From Amoebophrya sp. A120 (taxonomy: Eukaryota; Protista; Dinoflagellata): a stretch of 64,000 nt of DNA. The translations under genes were made by a program, and so were the position numbers. Below the pieces are notes generated by a model, which made no database searches, had not been told where the DNA came from, and worked only from the letters and a program-made list of their open reading frames with translations. Every line of letters starts with the position of its first letter. The first letter of the stretch is position 1. Shown one piece after another: positions 35,033 through 48,061 of the stretch. The DNA lies in contig CAJINV010000007.1 in the NCBI GenBank assembly GCA_905178155.1, forward strand, positions 4,172,265 through 4,236,264. Reading direction: 5' to 3'.

Positions 35033-37540
35033 ATGAAAACGTTGCCGATTACAACACACTCTATCTTTTCTTGTACCATTTTTCTTTTCATTGATCCACG
35101 TCCTGTATGTGGCATACAATCTGCATCATCAAGTGCTGAACAAGATGACAACACTAGCAGTACTTTAACGCGGAGAACGCCATTTTTGGAAGAAGGAATT
35201 CAGCAGCTCAACCTTGCGACATCTGCTGAAGCGCTACAACTACCCGGTCGGAAAAAAAGTGCCCCTAGTATTTTCCGGGACCGCCCCGCTGTTCAACTTT
35301 TTGAACAAAGAAGCGACGAGGCACAGCAGGAGGTGGCTTCTTCCGCTATTGAAAAGCACCAGGCGCGCCGTTGCGACGAACTCACTCCTGCAACATCGCG
35401 AAAGAATTCTGATACCGCGGAGAAACTTGTCAAGTCTTTCGGCAGCGGAAATGGGGGAGCATCTCCCACCGCCGGCCAAGGAGAAACTGCGAGCAAAGGA
35501 GCTAGTAGCGCAGCAGGAGGGCTACCCGTTCCCACTTGGGTATCGAGTAGCGACGAGGATATTCCGGGTACGACTTCGGAAGAATTAGCTGGAGCGTCGA
35601 CTACAAGTGGTTCCGTCAAGAACCCCGATGAAAAACAAAAACCGCAACAACCTGGAGGGCAAGTGAAACAACAACTTCTAGTCCGCCCGCCGACCGCTCC
35701 CGAGGACACGTCACTTTGCCTGTCCCCAGACGTGGACTTCTGCGTACAACCTAAACCGCCGAACGGCTGGACGGACTACAGGGACGACGGATGGAAACGG
35801 GCGGACTTCGTTCGGGAGTCTTTACACTGGAAAGTGTTTGTCGATGAACAGCCATCCTTCGTATTCGAGACCGTCCCGCGCGGCGGGAAGGGGAAAATTC
35901 AACAGCCCTGGGACTGGCACCTGTTTAACCAGTTCGACACGGGGAAATATGACGATGGGATTGATGATTTCGTGAAACAGCAGACCATGGCATACACGCA
36001 GATCGTTTACAAGAACACGATCAAGGTGAAACTCACGCCCAGGGATGAAAATTCTGGCGTGGATTTGAAGAAGTGGTTCAACAGTTGCAATGTCAAACCG
36101 GTTTTCAATAACGAGGACATTGTTGTCAACACGGATAAAGTGCTTGACGAAAATTTTATCGAGCTTTTGATCCCTTTCGACAAGGCCAATCCCAAGATCC
36201 GGCAGCTCTCCATCGAATTCGACGATAGCGAGTCACAACTCGTTTTCCAAGCCGACGATGGCGCTATCGTCGGCCGGGAGCCGAAACACGTCCTGTTTCT
36301 CTTCGTCTCCCCGCCGCTGGAGCGGGAGAAAGATCCTTTTTCCATCTACGAAGAGAACGAAATTCTCGTGATGCAACCCGGCCCGATCAGTTTGGACAAC
36401 TACAAGTCCGCAAAGAAAGTTCTCTATTTTCCCCCGGGTGTCTACTGGATGGACACAAACCAGAAGGGGGAACCTGGAAAACGCGGCGAAAACCACATGA
36501 CGCTGACGGAATCCCAAGCCTGGGTGCACTTCGCGCACGGGGCTTACGTGAAGTCTGCAGTCCACTGGCAGTATGACGAGGAGAACGGGACCTACGCGGC
36601 GACGGGGTACGGGGTGTTGGTCGGCTCTGACTACGTGTACCAGGCGAATCACGCCGGCGACAGATCCTACGACGGTGAGAAGTCGGACGGCACGTCCCTT
36701 CGCATGTGGAAGAGCTGGCACGGATCCCCCGGGCAGACGTTTATCCTCCACGGGGTGACCATGACCGACCCGCCGTTTAATTCCCACGACATGTACAACC
36801 AGCCGAAGATTTTCGCCACAGACTACAAGCAAATCGGCGGCTGGTTCTACCAATCCGACGGACTCACTCTGTACCCAGGCAGTGTATTCAAGGATTCCCT
36901 GGTTCACGCGAATGACGACGGGCTGAAAACCTACCACTCGGACATTCAGTACGAGCGGATCTCTGTGTGGAAAGGCCCGAACGACCCGGTGTTTCAGATG
37001 GGCTGGGCGCCGAAAAACCTGAAGAATGTGTACGCGAAAGACATCACGATTCTGCATACGAGATTTAAGTCTGGTGGGCAAACAGCACTCCCTTCGGCGA
37101 TCATCGGAGCGTCGTACCCTTACATGAACGACTGGAGGTTCGAAACGAACAACGAGATCAGAAGATGGAAGCTGTCCGGCCTCTATTGCGACGACATTTG
37201 CCCGGCGCTAGTTCATATCTACACGCCCATGCAGCACTACCGGGAGTTTGTGATTGAAAACGTCATCTACCGGAAGGGAGGCTACAGCTCCGGGGACTTG
37301 GGGCTAGACCGAGTCACGGCCTGGCGGGACTGGGACATCGGGAATTTCGACGGCGAGAAGAACAATAAGATTACCGTTTGGAACGGAAAGCGAGATGTTA
37401 AGCAAGTAGTGGACTTTCAGTTCAGGATCTCAAACGTGAAAGATGGAAACGGGATTCAGATGGTTGGAGATAATGGCGATGGATTCGGGTGGTGGATCGG
37501 GTACCCGGGACAGTTGCAACCAGCCGGGTATCCATTGTGA
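35033..37540 (+). CDS. Secreted glycoside hydrolase family 49 (dextranase-like), intronless
   Basis: LYFPPGVYWM, WVHFAHGAYVK, YVYQAN…KSDGTSLRMW, DPPFN, DYKQIGGWFYQSDG, HANDDGLK, WKGPNDPVFQMGW follow the GH49 dextranase beta-helix, with catalytic Asp motifs intact. Hydrophobic N-terminus. Confidence 0.9.
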   Translation: MKTLPITTHSIFSCTIFLFIDPRPVCGIQSASSSAEQDDNTSSTLTRRTPFLEEGIQQLNLATSAEALQLPGRKKSAPSIFRDRPAVQLFEQRSDEAQQEVASSAIEKHQARRCDELTPATSRKNSDTAEKLVKSFGSGNGGASPTAGQGETASKGASSAAGGLPVPTWVSSSDEDIPGTTSEELAGASTTSGSVKNPDEKQKPQQPGGQVKQQLLVRPPTAPEDTSLCLSPDVDFCVQPKPPNGWTDYRDDGWKRADFVRESLHWKVFVDEQPSFVFETVPRGGKGKIQQPWDWHLFNQFDTGKYDDGIDDFVKQQTMAYTQIVYKNTIKVKLTPRDENSGVDLKKWFNSCNVKPVFNNEDIVVNTDKVLDENFIELLIPFDKANPKIRQLSIEFDDSESQLVFQADDGAIVGREPKHVLFLFVSPPLEREKDPFSIYEENEILVMQPGPISLDNYKSAKKVLYFPPGVYWMDTNQKGEPGKRGENHMTLTESQAWVHFAHGAYVKSAVHWQYDEENGTYAATGYGVLVGSDYVYQANHAGDRSYDGEKSDGTSLRMWKSWHGSPGQTFILHGVTMTDPPFNSHDMYNQPKIFATDYKQIGGWFYQSDGLTLYPGSVFKDSLVHANDDGLKTYHSDIQYERISVWKGPNDPVFQMGWAPKNLKNVYAKDITILHTRFKSGGQTALPSAIIGASYPYMNDWRFETNNEIRRWKLSGLYCDDICPALVHIYTPMQHYREFVIENVIYRKGGYSSGDLGLDRVTAWRDWDIGNFDGEKNNKITVWNGKRDVKQVVDFQFRISNVKDGNGIQMVGDNGDGFGWWIGYPGQLQPAGYPL

Positions 37541-38274
37541 ACAAGTCATTATACCAATTTTAGCCGTGTCATATATGAGTACTACTCATCGATGAAGGAT
37601 GAGGAAAGAAAGAAAGAATCCCGGTCGGAATTGATCGAGAAAGGATGAGGATCCTGGTTGGTATAAATGAGTACTACTCATCCCGTAGCAGTTCCTTCGT
37701 TTAGTTGAATTGAATAGCAGTTGCAAGACAGAGCAAAGGGCGAACTGGAACTCACAGCTTGTTTTACCTGTCGTGCTCGATTGGTTCTTTATCTGAAACA
37801 GAAAAACGAAAAGAAATGGAACCACGCCGAGCTGCCGCTGCGGATTCACATCCAGGAAGTTGTAGGTGAAGCAGCCTGGGCCTGAAAAATAGGCGATTAG
37901 AACTAGTGCCATTGACTATGACTGGGACTATCGTCTTATTTCTTTGAAGTTGTTCCTGGCGTTTTTCTTTCTTTGCAGCAGGCTTCGGCCCCATACCCAT
38001 CGTAACTTTAGTCTCCAGGTGTAGTTGAGTCGTGTGAAGAGAGAAAACAGAACAAAATAGAGAGCATCGCAAAGTAGATTCCAAAGTGCCAAGAGGGTTT
38101 TTGCGCGTTGCGCTGGGACTCTGAAAGGACGAGAGAAGCTGCATCTGCAAAAATAAGCAAAGGAGTCTAAGTACCGAAAAAGAATTTTTTTCTTCTTACC
38201 GTTTCCAAAGAAAGTGACCACTATCACTAAGCGTGAGAACCATAACCAAATTATTGTAGCAAAAAAATCAAATT

Positions 38275-41200
38275 ATGTCGTTCGCCAAACCTTACCCTCG
38301 CCCGTCCGCCCCGGACCCGGGGCCAAATGGGTCCGTTGTTGCGAATTGGGGACGGAGTCCGGTCGCGACCCGGACGTTAGTCTTCCCGCCATCGGGGTGG
38401 AAGGCCGAGCCAAAAGAGATGCAGCCGTTGAAGACGTTTCTGGCGCGGGATTGGGTGCATGGCATCAACAAGGACGTGGACATCTGCGTCACGGATTTCG
38501 GCTGCATCTACGCGTGTGGGCAGCTGGTGATCGTTTTCGACGAGGCTGAGTCGACTCAGAAGTACTTTATTTTCGAGAAAATTTGATCTTGATGGCAATG
38601 GCTTTGCCCATGCATACACGGACTGAAAATATTATGTGTCAGGCATGGTGGATGCGTCGCTGGTGTAGTTCTTCGTGCGAGCGTTGAGTCGTATGAAAAG
38701 CGGTTGGACTGGTTAGAAACGTACTGCTCGAAATCATGATAATATCAGGTACTTCGAAGGCCACACGTCCGACATTACCTGCATCGCCTACAACAAGGAG
38801 CGCAATATCTGCGTCTCCGGGCAAAACGATCCGAAGGGCAACGCCGGACCGTTTCTCTGCGTTTGGTCCCCGGAGTTTCCGGCGAGCGGATCCTTCGCCG
38901 AGTGCAGGTACTTCGTCGACAAAACGGATCCGAAGGACATCGAAATCACCGACAACATAAAAATGACCCAGGGCTACGTCTGTTTCCCGGAAAGGGTGCT
39001 GCGCGCACCCGTGAAAGAAAGCGGCCTGGAAAGAGTGCAGGTAGTACAGACTACTTCTTTAAATTGATGATGTTTTTCTTGTCCTCGTACTACGGTGAAG
39101 CAGAGTTATTTGTTCCCGGCCAGGGCATTGACGCGGCATCGTGCGCAACGAACAGTCTAAAACCTGTAGGTTTCCTACTTGGCAACAAGATTAATATTTT
39201 TATTTGTGACGCCACCTAGACTGTGTGTGACTGTGAGTGTGCCTGTAGACCACGAGGTAAATCTGTCTTGAATGAAAGTATGTGCATGTTGCTATCCAAA
39301 CGAGCATAACATCAACATGATTACAGTACCCCATGGTCGTTGACGGTTCCTCGCAAGTCGAGGCCCCCCTCCGGAAAATTCAAGCCTGCGCCTTCACCCC
39401 GGACGGCCGCCGGGTTGTCGCCATGGGCGCGGACGACATGAACAGCCTGCTAGTCTGGGACATGGCAAAAATCCAGAACTTCAACGCGAAGAACCCCCCC
39501 TTGCAAACGTTGGTGTACCGGAAACCAACGGTGTATGGGAGTGTCAGAATCGAAATGGACAAAATCGAAATGATTTGTCATGCATAAAACGGATTCCAGT
39601 TCGTGCCCAGCCCCAGTTTCTAAGTGGCGCATGACAAATTCTGGTGGTGCATAAATCCAGTTTGTAATGCTGTTTAGGCAAAGAAGACCGATTCTCTCAT
39701 GCTGCTCTAACAGCTCGAGCTATAACCCCAAACAGGCTTACAATCGGCCTCACTTGCCTGTTCTGCAACGCACGCGCTTCGCGTCATGCATTTTATGCAT
39801 CACAAATTTTTCGACTTTGTCAATTTCGATCCTGACAGTTCCATACGGTGGTAGTGCAAACGGGCCGGGACGCGATGCAGTCCATGCTGATGTTCAACAT
39901 GACTCTTTCCCTCGAGGGAGCCGACAACGACGATGCGGCGACCAAATCCGTGTACTCCGCAAAACAAAATAAATCCTCCGCCTCCGCCGCTATCAACAAG
40001 GCCGCGGCAGCAAGGTCATCGCGAATGTCCTCTGCAACCAGACAGAGCCGAAGCAGTGCATCATCCGGAACAAACGGGAATTCCGCTACAGCGAAGGAGA
40101 TGCCGCCGTTCCGGTTTCTGTTGTGGGGCGCGAACGACAAAACGTCGTATTTCAAAAACTACGAGTGGCGCCACACGGAGTTTGTCACGAAAGTCGGGGT
40201 GTGGGGGAAATACCCGAAGCCCAAAAACATCAACGGTGCGGCCTACGACCTAGCCGACGGATCGGGCGGGTCGCTGTGTCTTATCGGGGACAACGGGTTC
40301 TTCTACACGGTGAAGGGTGCGAACGTGCTGTCCGCGACCAAGATTGGATCCGAAACGCCGGATAGCCCCGCACCGTTTCTAGGATCGATCCAGTACTACA
40401 AGAATAGCATGTTCCTGGTCGGGGGGAACAGCGGCACTTTTTACATCTTGAAATGTACTACGAGCAACCCGAAAACCTTGGACAAAATCGTTCTTTCTGT
40501 CCTCCCCGGGTCGGAGTCCGCGGTCGAGCAGCTGTCGAAGGTGAAGATTATGCAGGGCAGTATCGGACAGAGATTGAACGGTATTTGCGACGCGGTGGTC
40601 TACGGCTGCACCAACGGCAACACGTTCTTCCGCTACTTCCACAAAGACGCTCCTGAGACGGCCACCGGGGATCAGACCCAGCCGGTCCTCACCGACGAGC
40701 TGCAGGCGGCTGGGGCGGCCGCGGCGGGGAACGTGAAAGCGAGGAATTCCACGACAGGAGAAAACAAGAACAGCCGGCCGGCGAGTCGGAGTGCGAAGAG
40801 CGGGCAAGGCCAGCCTGGAGGTGGGAATAAAACAACACCGTCCCGGCCGAGAAGTTCCGCGAGTCAGGCAGGGGCCCGGAGTTCGAAATCAGCGAGCCAA
40901 ATAAATCAGATTCCGGGACGACACCTAGCGATTCTTTCCTTGGCCCACGGGGGGGAAACGAAGGCACTCGCGATGCACCCGACGCTCCCGGGGGTGTACA
41001 TCACGGCGGGGACGGACAAGGTCGTGCAGTTTTGGTCCAGTATCGAACGAAAACCTCTGGTGGGGAAGATGTTAAATATGGAGAAAGCGGTCCACAGTGT
41101 CGCTTTCGATGTTTCAGGGAAGCTTTTGGCAGTCGGGATGGCGGACGGCATGGTGGCGGTGTATGATTTCCCAGACGCCTTGTTCCAGAGAATCCTGTCT

Positions 41201-43739
41201 GACGTGAAGTGCGAGAATAGGGGGAAGGAATTTGGTATGACGGAAATCTTACGGATTTTTTTGCTCCACCCGGAGCGCCAGGCAGCAGATGCGTGACTCA
41301 TGATAATATGAATACGCGATCAGACGTAAGCGTAGTTGTGTCTTGTATGTCTATGTGTATTGCAGCATGATCGTGATGCTCTACTCTCGTCAAGTAGATC
41401 GGTTTAACACATCAAATTCGCAGGTCGCATGGTTGGTCTTCGGTTTTCCCCGCTTCTGAACCCGTCGAAAGCCGACACCATCCCGCCTTCCGCCAAGTAC
41501 GACCGAAATCGGGAGCAGGCGAAGTCCATGTTTCTCGCCTGCGCGTGCTCCGACAACAAGATTTATTTGCTGAAGATCAAGGAAGTCGTCACGGGGGAAG
41601 ACATCAAATCCGGGCAGAAACAGTACGGCTCCCAAGTCTCCATGCACAAGCAGCTCATCGGCCATAGTACCACCCCGTACTGCCAGATGTTCTCCAACGA
41701 CGGGCAGTATCTGATCACGAACACGAGAGACGGCCAGATCCGGGTCTTCCACACCATCAGCGGGCAGCTGCAGAAGTCCTTGATGGCGTTTCGCGACCTC
41801 CAACTGCAGCAGCCCTTCACCAACCTGCTCGCGTTCGAGACACTCGGCATGTGGACGAGTGAGTACGATTTGTCCATCCTGGACACGTGCTGCTCGTTTC
41901 AAAACGAACACTTGGCCATGGGGGACGACAACGGCCGGATTCGGCTGTACAAGTTCCCAGCGTGCTACCTAAACCAGCCCTACAACGAGTACTTCGGGCA
42001 CGGGTGCGGCGTGGCGCAGGTCCGGTTCTTCGAGGAGCAGTCTCTGCCGGTGCTGATTTCCTGCGGCTACGTCGACAAAATGATCATCCAGTGGAGGCTC
42101 TGTGAGCCGAAGGACGAAGTCTACGCGTTCCAGAAGATACAGTAAGAGGAAGAACCTGCTGCCATGCTGTAGCTTTGTTCCATGACGCAATTACAAAATT
42201 CAATTTCTACTCTGAGCAGATGACTTTGTGCTACGACGACCATGCTTTACTTTTTCCATTCAGTTGTACTTGTATCAGTTTAAGTCGCTACAAAATCAAT
42301 GCAGATACCCCTGGACGTCGTTTTCCAACGGCTATGGTGACGTCGTCGACAACATGCTGGGCCGCGCTGCGGCCAGCAGCAGCCAGCGAGACAGAGCGCC
42401 TGGAGCAGGTGGTGGTCGCGCACTAGCGGATTATATGATCCCCGGGCCGGATGGCGTGCCGATTGTTCCATTTGAAGGAGATCAGAAACTGTTCCAACCC
42501 CCGCAAGAAATAGACGGAGACCAGCAAGCGGCCTCGAGTGCCAGTCCGCCGAAGTTGCGAGGAGGAAGGAGCCCGGTCGTGCAGCACGAGCGTAGAAGTA
42601 CTAACGCAGCAGCAGGAGGACATCATGCACGAGTTGCGCAGCATCATCATCAAAGCTCGAGAGGAGCTGCTGGACATCATGAAAAAGCGACTTCCAGTTC
42701 CTCAAGAAAGCATCACGATCACGACCATATCAACCTCTACACCCATGATCGCCGCGAGCACTACCACCCGCCGCACCGCATGCAGCAGTCGTTTCGCTAC
42801 GACACGAGGGCGGATCAGCCGAAGCCTGAGCCTTCCCGGGACCCGTTCACCTGGCGAGATGAGAAGAGGAATGGTCCGAAGGATGATGATCAGGCAGCAC
42901 ATAGAGCAGGAGGAGGCTTTGATCAGGGATCAGTGCACTCAGTGCCACTGAGAGAACAACATCACCAGCAACATGGCATGGCTGGACATCAGCGTGGTAG
43001 ATCATCCCGCGCTGGAGGTGCTGGACCGCCGATGATGTACTACCAGGAGCCGCCAGATCACGCGGGTCGGTCAGCATCACAACTGCAACCACCTCCGCAC
43101 TACATGCTGCAAAACATGCAGCCGGCGCACGCGAACTTTTTTACGGCTCCGCCCGAGGAACTGCAGCAGCATTCGCGGAACATGGTGCACTTTCGGACCA
43201 CGGGGAAGACCGTCCATGACGATACGACAGCGCACCAGGATATTAATCAGAGACTTCTTCATTCCCCCGGCAAGCAGTCGATCGGAAACCAGTCCAGCAT
43301 CAACGGTCGCGGCGAGGTAACGTCGGTGTACAAATATCCGGAAAACGCACCGCCGAACTTCGGCGCCACACGAGGTGGAACGCCGAATGGTTCTAAGGCG
43401 AACCACATAAATCAACGGCAGAGTGCCTTTCAGCCAGGAGAAAGGGCAACAAGGCAGCACCAGCCGCACCAGGGGACGATGAAAAACGTCACGTTTGGGC
43501 GAGCCCGGGCAGCAGGGGCAGACCAACACCAAATCGAGCAGCATCGCGGGGACGTGGAGATGCAGCCACTCAATACCGCAGACCAGCAAGTCGCGGAGTT
43601 CTTCAAAATAACTCCTGACCATAACTCGAATTACCGACCCGCGCCTGGGCAGCCCGGACAGAGGTCCGGGGGGAGCAAAAGTGCACAAACTCCCGCGGCG
43701 CGGAGGTGCAAGAGCATCGCGAATAAGATGAGACGATGA
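38275..43739 (+). CDS. EML/EMAP-like HELP + WD40 protein
   Basis: LARDWVHG, IYACGQLVIVFD…QK|YFEGHTSDITCIA…VSGQ, ITAGTDKVVQFW, AMGDDNGRIRLYKFPA…YFGHGCGVAQVRF…DKMIIQW. GT-AG introns plus one introner; low-complexity C-terminal exon. Confidence 0.85.
39534..39845. mobile_element. Introner, family C
   Basis: TIR tatgggagtgtcagaatcgaaat. Direct repeat cggtg. Removal joins KPTV|VVQTG. Confidence 0.92.
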
Positions 43740-44856
43740 AGATAGAGGGTCGGAGGTGCGGCGGAAGCAGGACGATGCAATTCTAATTGCGCCAGCAGCT
43801 GCAGGAGGATGTCTTCTATAGCCACTTTTTGTTTCGATCTAGTTGCAGAAGAACTTCAAGAAGAATACTCGAGCAAGCATTAAGAAACTTTTCTGGATTC
43901 AAATAACACCACGCAGAGCTGTTTTTGACGCCCACCTGGGGGCAGGCAATATCGAGTTTCCCGTTTTTTTCAAGGCCGCAAACCTTTTGTAGAATTATCT
44001 GCCACGACAAGATGAAGACTACAAAACGATAGCAGAACCTTGTAAATTTTGCACACTAAAGCAAGTAGTCAAAGTGAATAAAGTCACGCACCAAGAACTT
44101 TCGTATGATGACTAGGCAGGTCGCAAGCGCAAGGAGTTGGTGCCTTGGTGTTCCGTTTTTGACTTGGTTCTTTCAGCAGAACAAGGGTCGCTGCATGTTT
44201 TTTCTTTTTTGTCGCTGACACTGCGAAACAAGACGTACTTGGGCCACCCAATTGCAATCGCATCAGTTGAGCTTTCTGTTGTCCCGCCAGGAGACTTGAT
44301 TTTTTATTTTTTTCGCCGAAGATCGTCGGAAATCGAAATCAACTGCACTGGTGGTCTATTGTCCACTACACTGGTGAGACGCATCAAAATCAAATAGGAT
44401 CCTGTTTTTTTGGAAAGGCAATCGGTGTAACCATAATTCAAAGTGTAACCAAAGGAAAAGGAGATCATCCTCTCGCTCTCCAATATTTATCACGACCGCA
44501 AACACCACTTCTAGCTCTATCGTCATGACTATAATATCCGGCAAGCGAATTAGCTCGTCGCCGGATTCTGAAAATATTTTCGAAGCCACACGACGGAAGA
44601 GCAACCTGACTGAGTCGGCGAACAAGCTGCCAAGTATTTTGAATGATCCAAGAGCTTAGATAATGTCAAATAAACAGAAACAACACCATAAATAGGCTTA
44701 GCTTATTAAGTACAACATCTTTAAGAGCAACCGATTAGTAGAGTGACTTCTGTACTATTGCCATTTCTACTACAAGCGAATTTTCGACACTTGATTGCTT
44801 TTCTAGTTTTTCTTTTTTCCCTCTGACTCCTATCAGGACCACATCAAGTTGTCAAG

Positions 44857-46158
<1,302 letters not shown>

Positions 46159-47087
46159 AATGTAGATGTACCTTTTTTCATGTTCGAAAATGGTACGATG
46201 AACCACATGAATTTGTGATCAAGCATTATGCCATATTGAGTTATATCAGAACTCCTCCGGCGTTCACGCTGCAAAGCAGCAAGTTGCCTTCTTGTGAACT
46301 CATTGTGGACGAGATTCATAACTGTCGTTCATGTCGTGCTCGTGACGTGCAGGCGCAACATGTAAGGGAAATGAAACATGGCCGACGTTATTTATGATTA
46401 CACTGTACCTCTATTGATGTACTCCACTTATTTCAACAGCGATTCTATTGCCATTACAATTTAGGAGAAAGCCGCTCTTTGATGCGGATGCAGATAAGAT
46501 CCAAATTCACAACTATACCGCCGTCTCTAATTATCGGGACCAAAGCGATTGCCAGCTTTTGCCTCTCATCCTTCGAACGCGCTCAAAAATCTGGCAAGGA
46601 AGTAGATAGAGTTCGAATAACAAAAAAAAGATGAGCAGTAGGTACTTGTTGTTTCACCCCGCTTATATTGATTGCCCACATCAAGTTTTGTTGATACCAT
46701 CGTGGTAGTAGTACTAGCGCGATGTTGTCCCCCACACTTCTTTTGGTGAAAAACACGCCCACCCCACCTCAGAAACGCATTTTCCTCGTTGGATCCAGTA
46801 AATCTTACTCTAATACGCAAGTCGGTTCTTCGTCTCGTGGCCGGAGGACGAAAAAGATACGCAGAGGAAAAGCGCAACCACAAAAAGCCTGATATAGCCT
46901 CCTCAAATAATCTCACACGAAAAATAGTGTTCGGAGATAAAAATAAACATGTACTCACAACTTTGCTCAGCCACTGCCACATAGTAGTCTGACATTTTCA
47001 TCGGTCGAACTTCACTCTGTCATGGATTGTGATCATTTTCCGCAGGCTGTGCTGCAAAACTAAAACATCGCTATAATCGTGAAGATA

Positions 47088-47158
47088 TATAGATGATGTT
47101 CGATGCACGAGAATACGATCCATGGGTAAGGAACATCTCGTAGGTTCTCACTTTTCAG
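47088..47158 (+). repeat. Split direct repeat A1
   Basis: 68/71 identical to 47895-47965. Confidence 0.93.
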
Positions 47159-47598
47159 TTCCTACATCGATGTGAGCGAGGACCGTTCGGCCTCCACCCT
47201 CCCCAGAGCTCGAGTGGATTCGTCCACGCTCTGTTTTGCACTTCAATAAAAATAAAATTTTGAACTTTCGCGGTTCAACGTATTTTTGTTGCTGCAAAAT
47301 GTCTCAAGACTACCCACCTCCTGCCCCTGGCACCTCCGGTTGTTTTGTTCTGTTGGCCCACCAGCCGACCCTCCGATCCACACGCGCATATAAATTAAAT
47401 CTCGAATTTTCGCGGATTTTGTAATCCGTTATAAATAAAATTTTGAGTTTTCGCGGTTTTTTGTGGACTTTCGCAGTATGCTCCGTTCTCTCCCTACTCT
47501 GTCTACGCTATCGTTGTCTGCATGGGAAAAATGATCCAACGAGCGAATGCATGCTGCTTCTTAGTCTCTTCAATGGGAGGGAGACATAGTACGGTCGA

Positions 47599-47965
47599 GC
47601 GTGGCATTGCTATATCCTAGTTGCTTTGCGAAAACAGTTCGGAAAGGCTCGCTGAGCCTTGTTTCACCTTTTCACAAAGATCCTTGTTGCTGCGCACGTT
47701 GCCGTGCTTGATCACGGTCAGGCTGCGTACCCCGCTTCCTGAAAGCATCGAATGTACCAGCAAGCTGACACTTTCTCCATGTACACATGAGGTTCCTCGA
47801 ATATAGAAAAAAGATGTCGATGCAAAGGTATCGAAGATCAGCTTTGGATCGTTTTGGGTCGTGTTCGAGTAAAAAGAATTTAAGTATAAAACTTTATAGA
47901 TGATGCTCGACGCACGAGAATACGATCCATGGGTAAGGAACATCTCGTAGGTTCTCATTTTTCAG
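47599..47965 (+). repeat. Internal B1-A2 junction
   Basis: The 300-nt B copy overlaps the 71-nt A copy at tata (47895-47898). Confidence 0.93.
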
Positions 47966-48061
47966 CCCACCCGTTCCCATCCCTTTTTGATCTTTCTCAC
48001 TCGCAGAGCATCGTTCGTGGATTAATTTTTGTGTGTACTTTTCGGAGTTCTTTAGTAAAAA

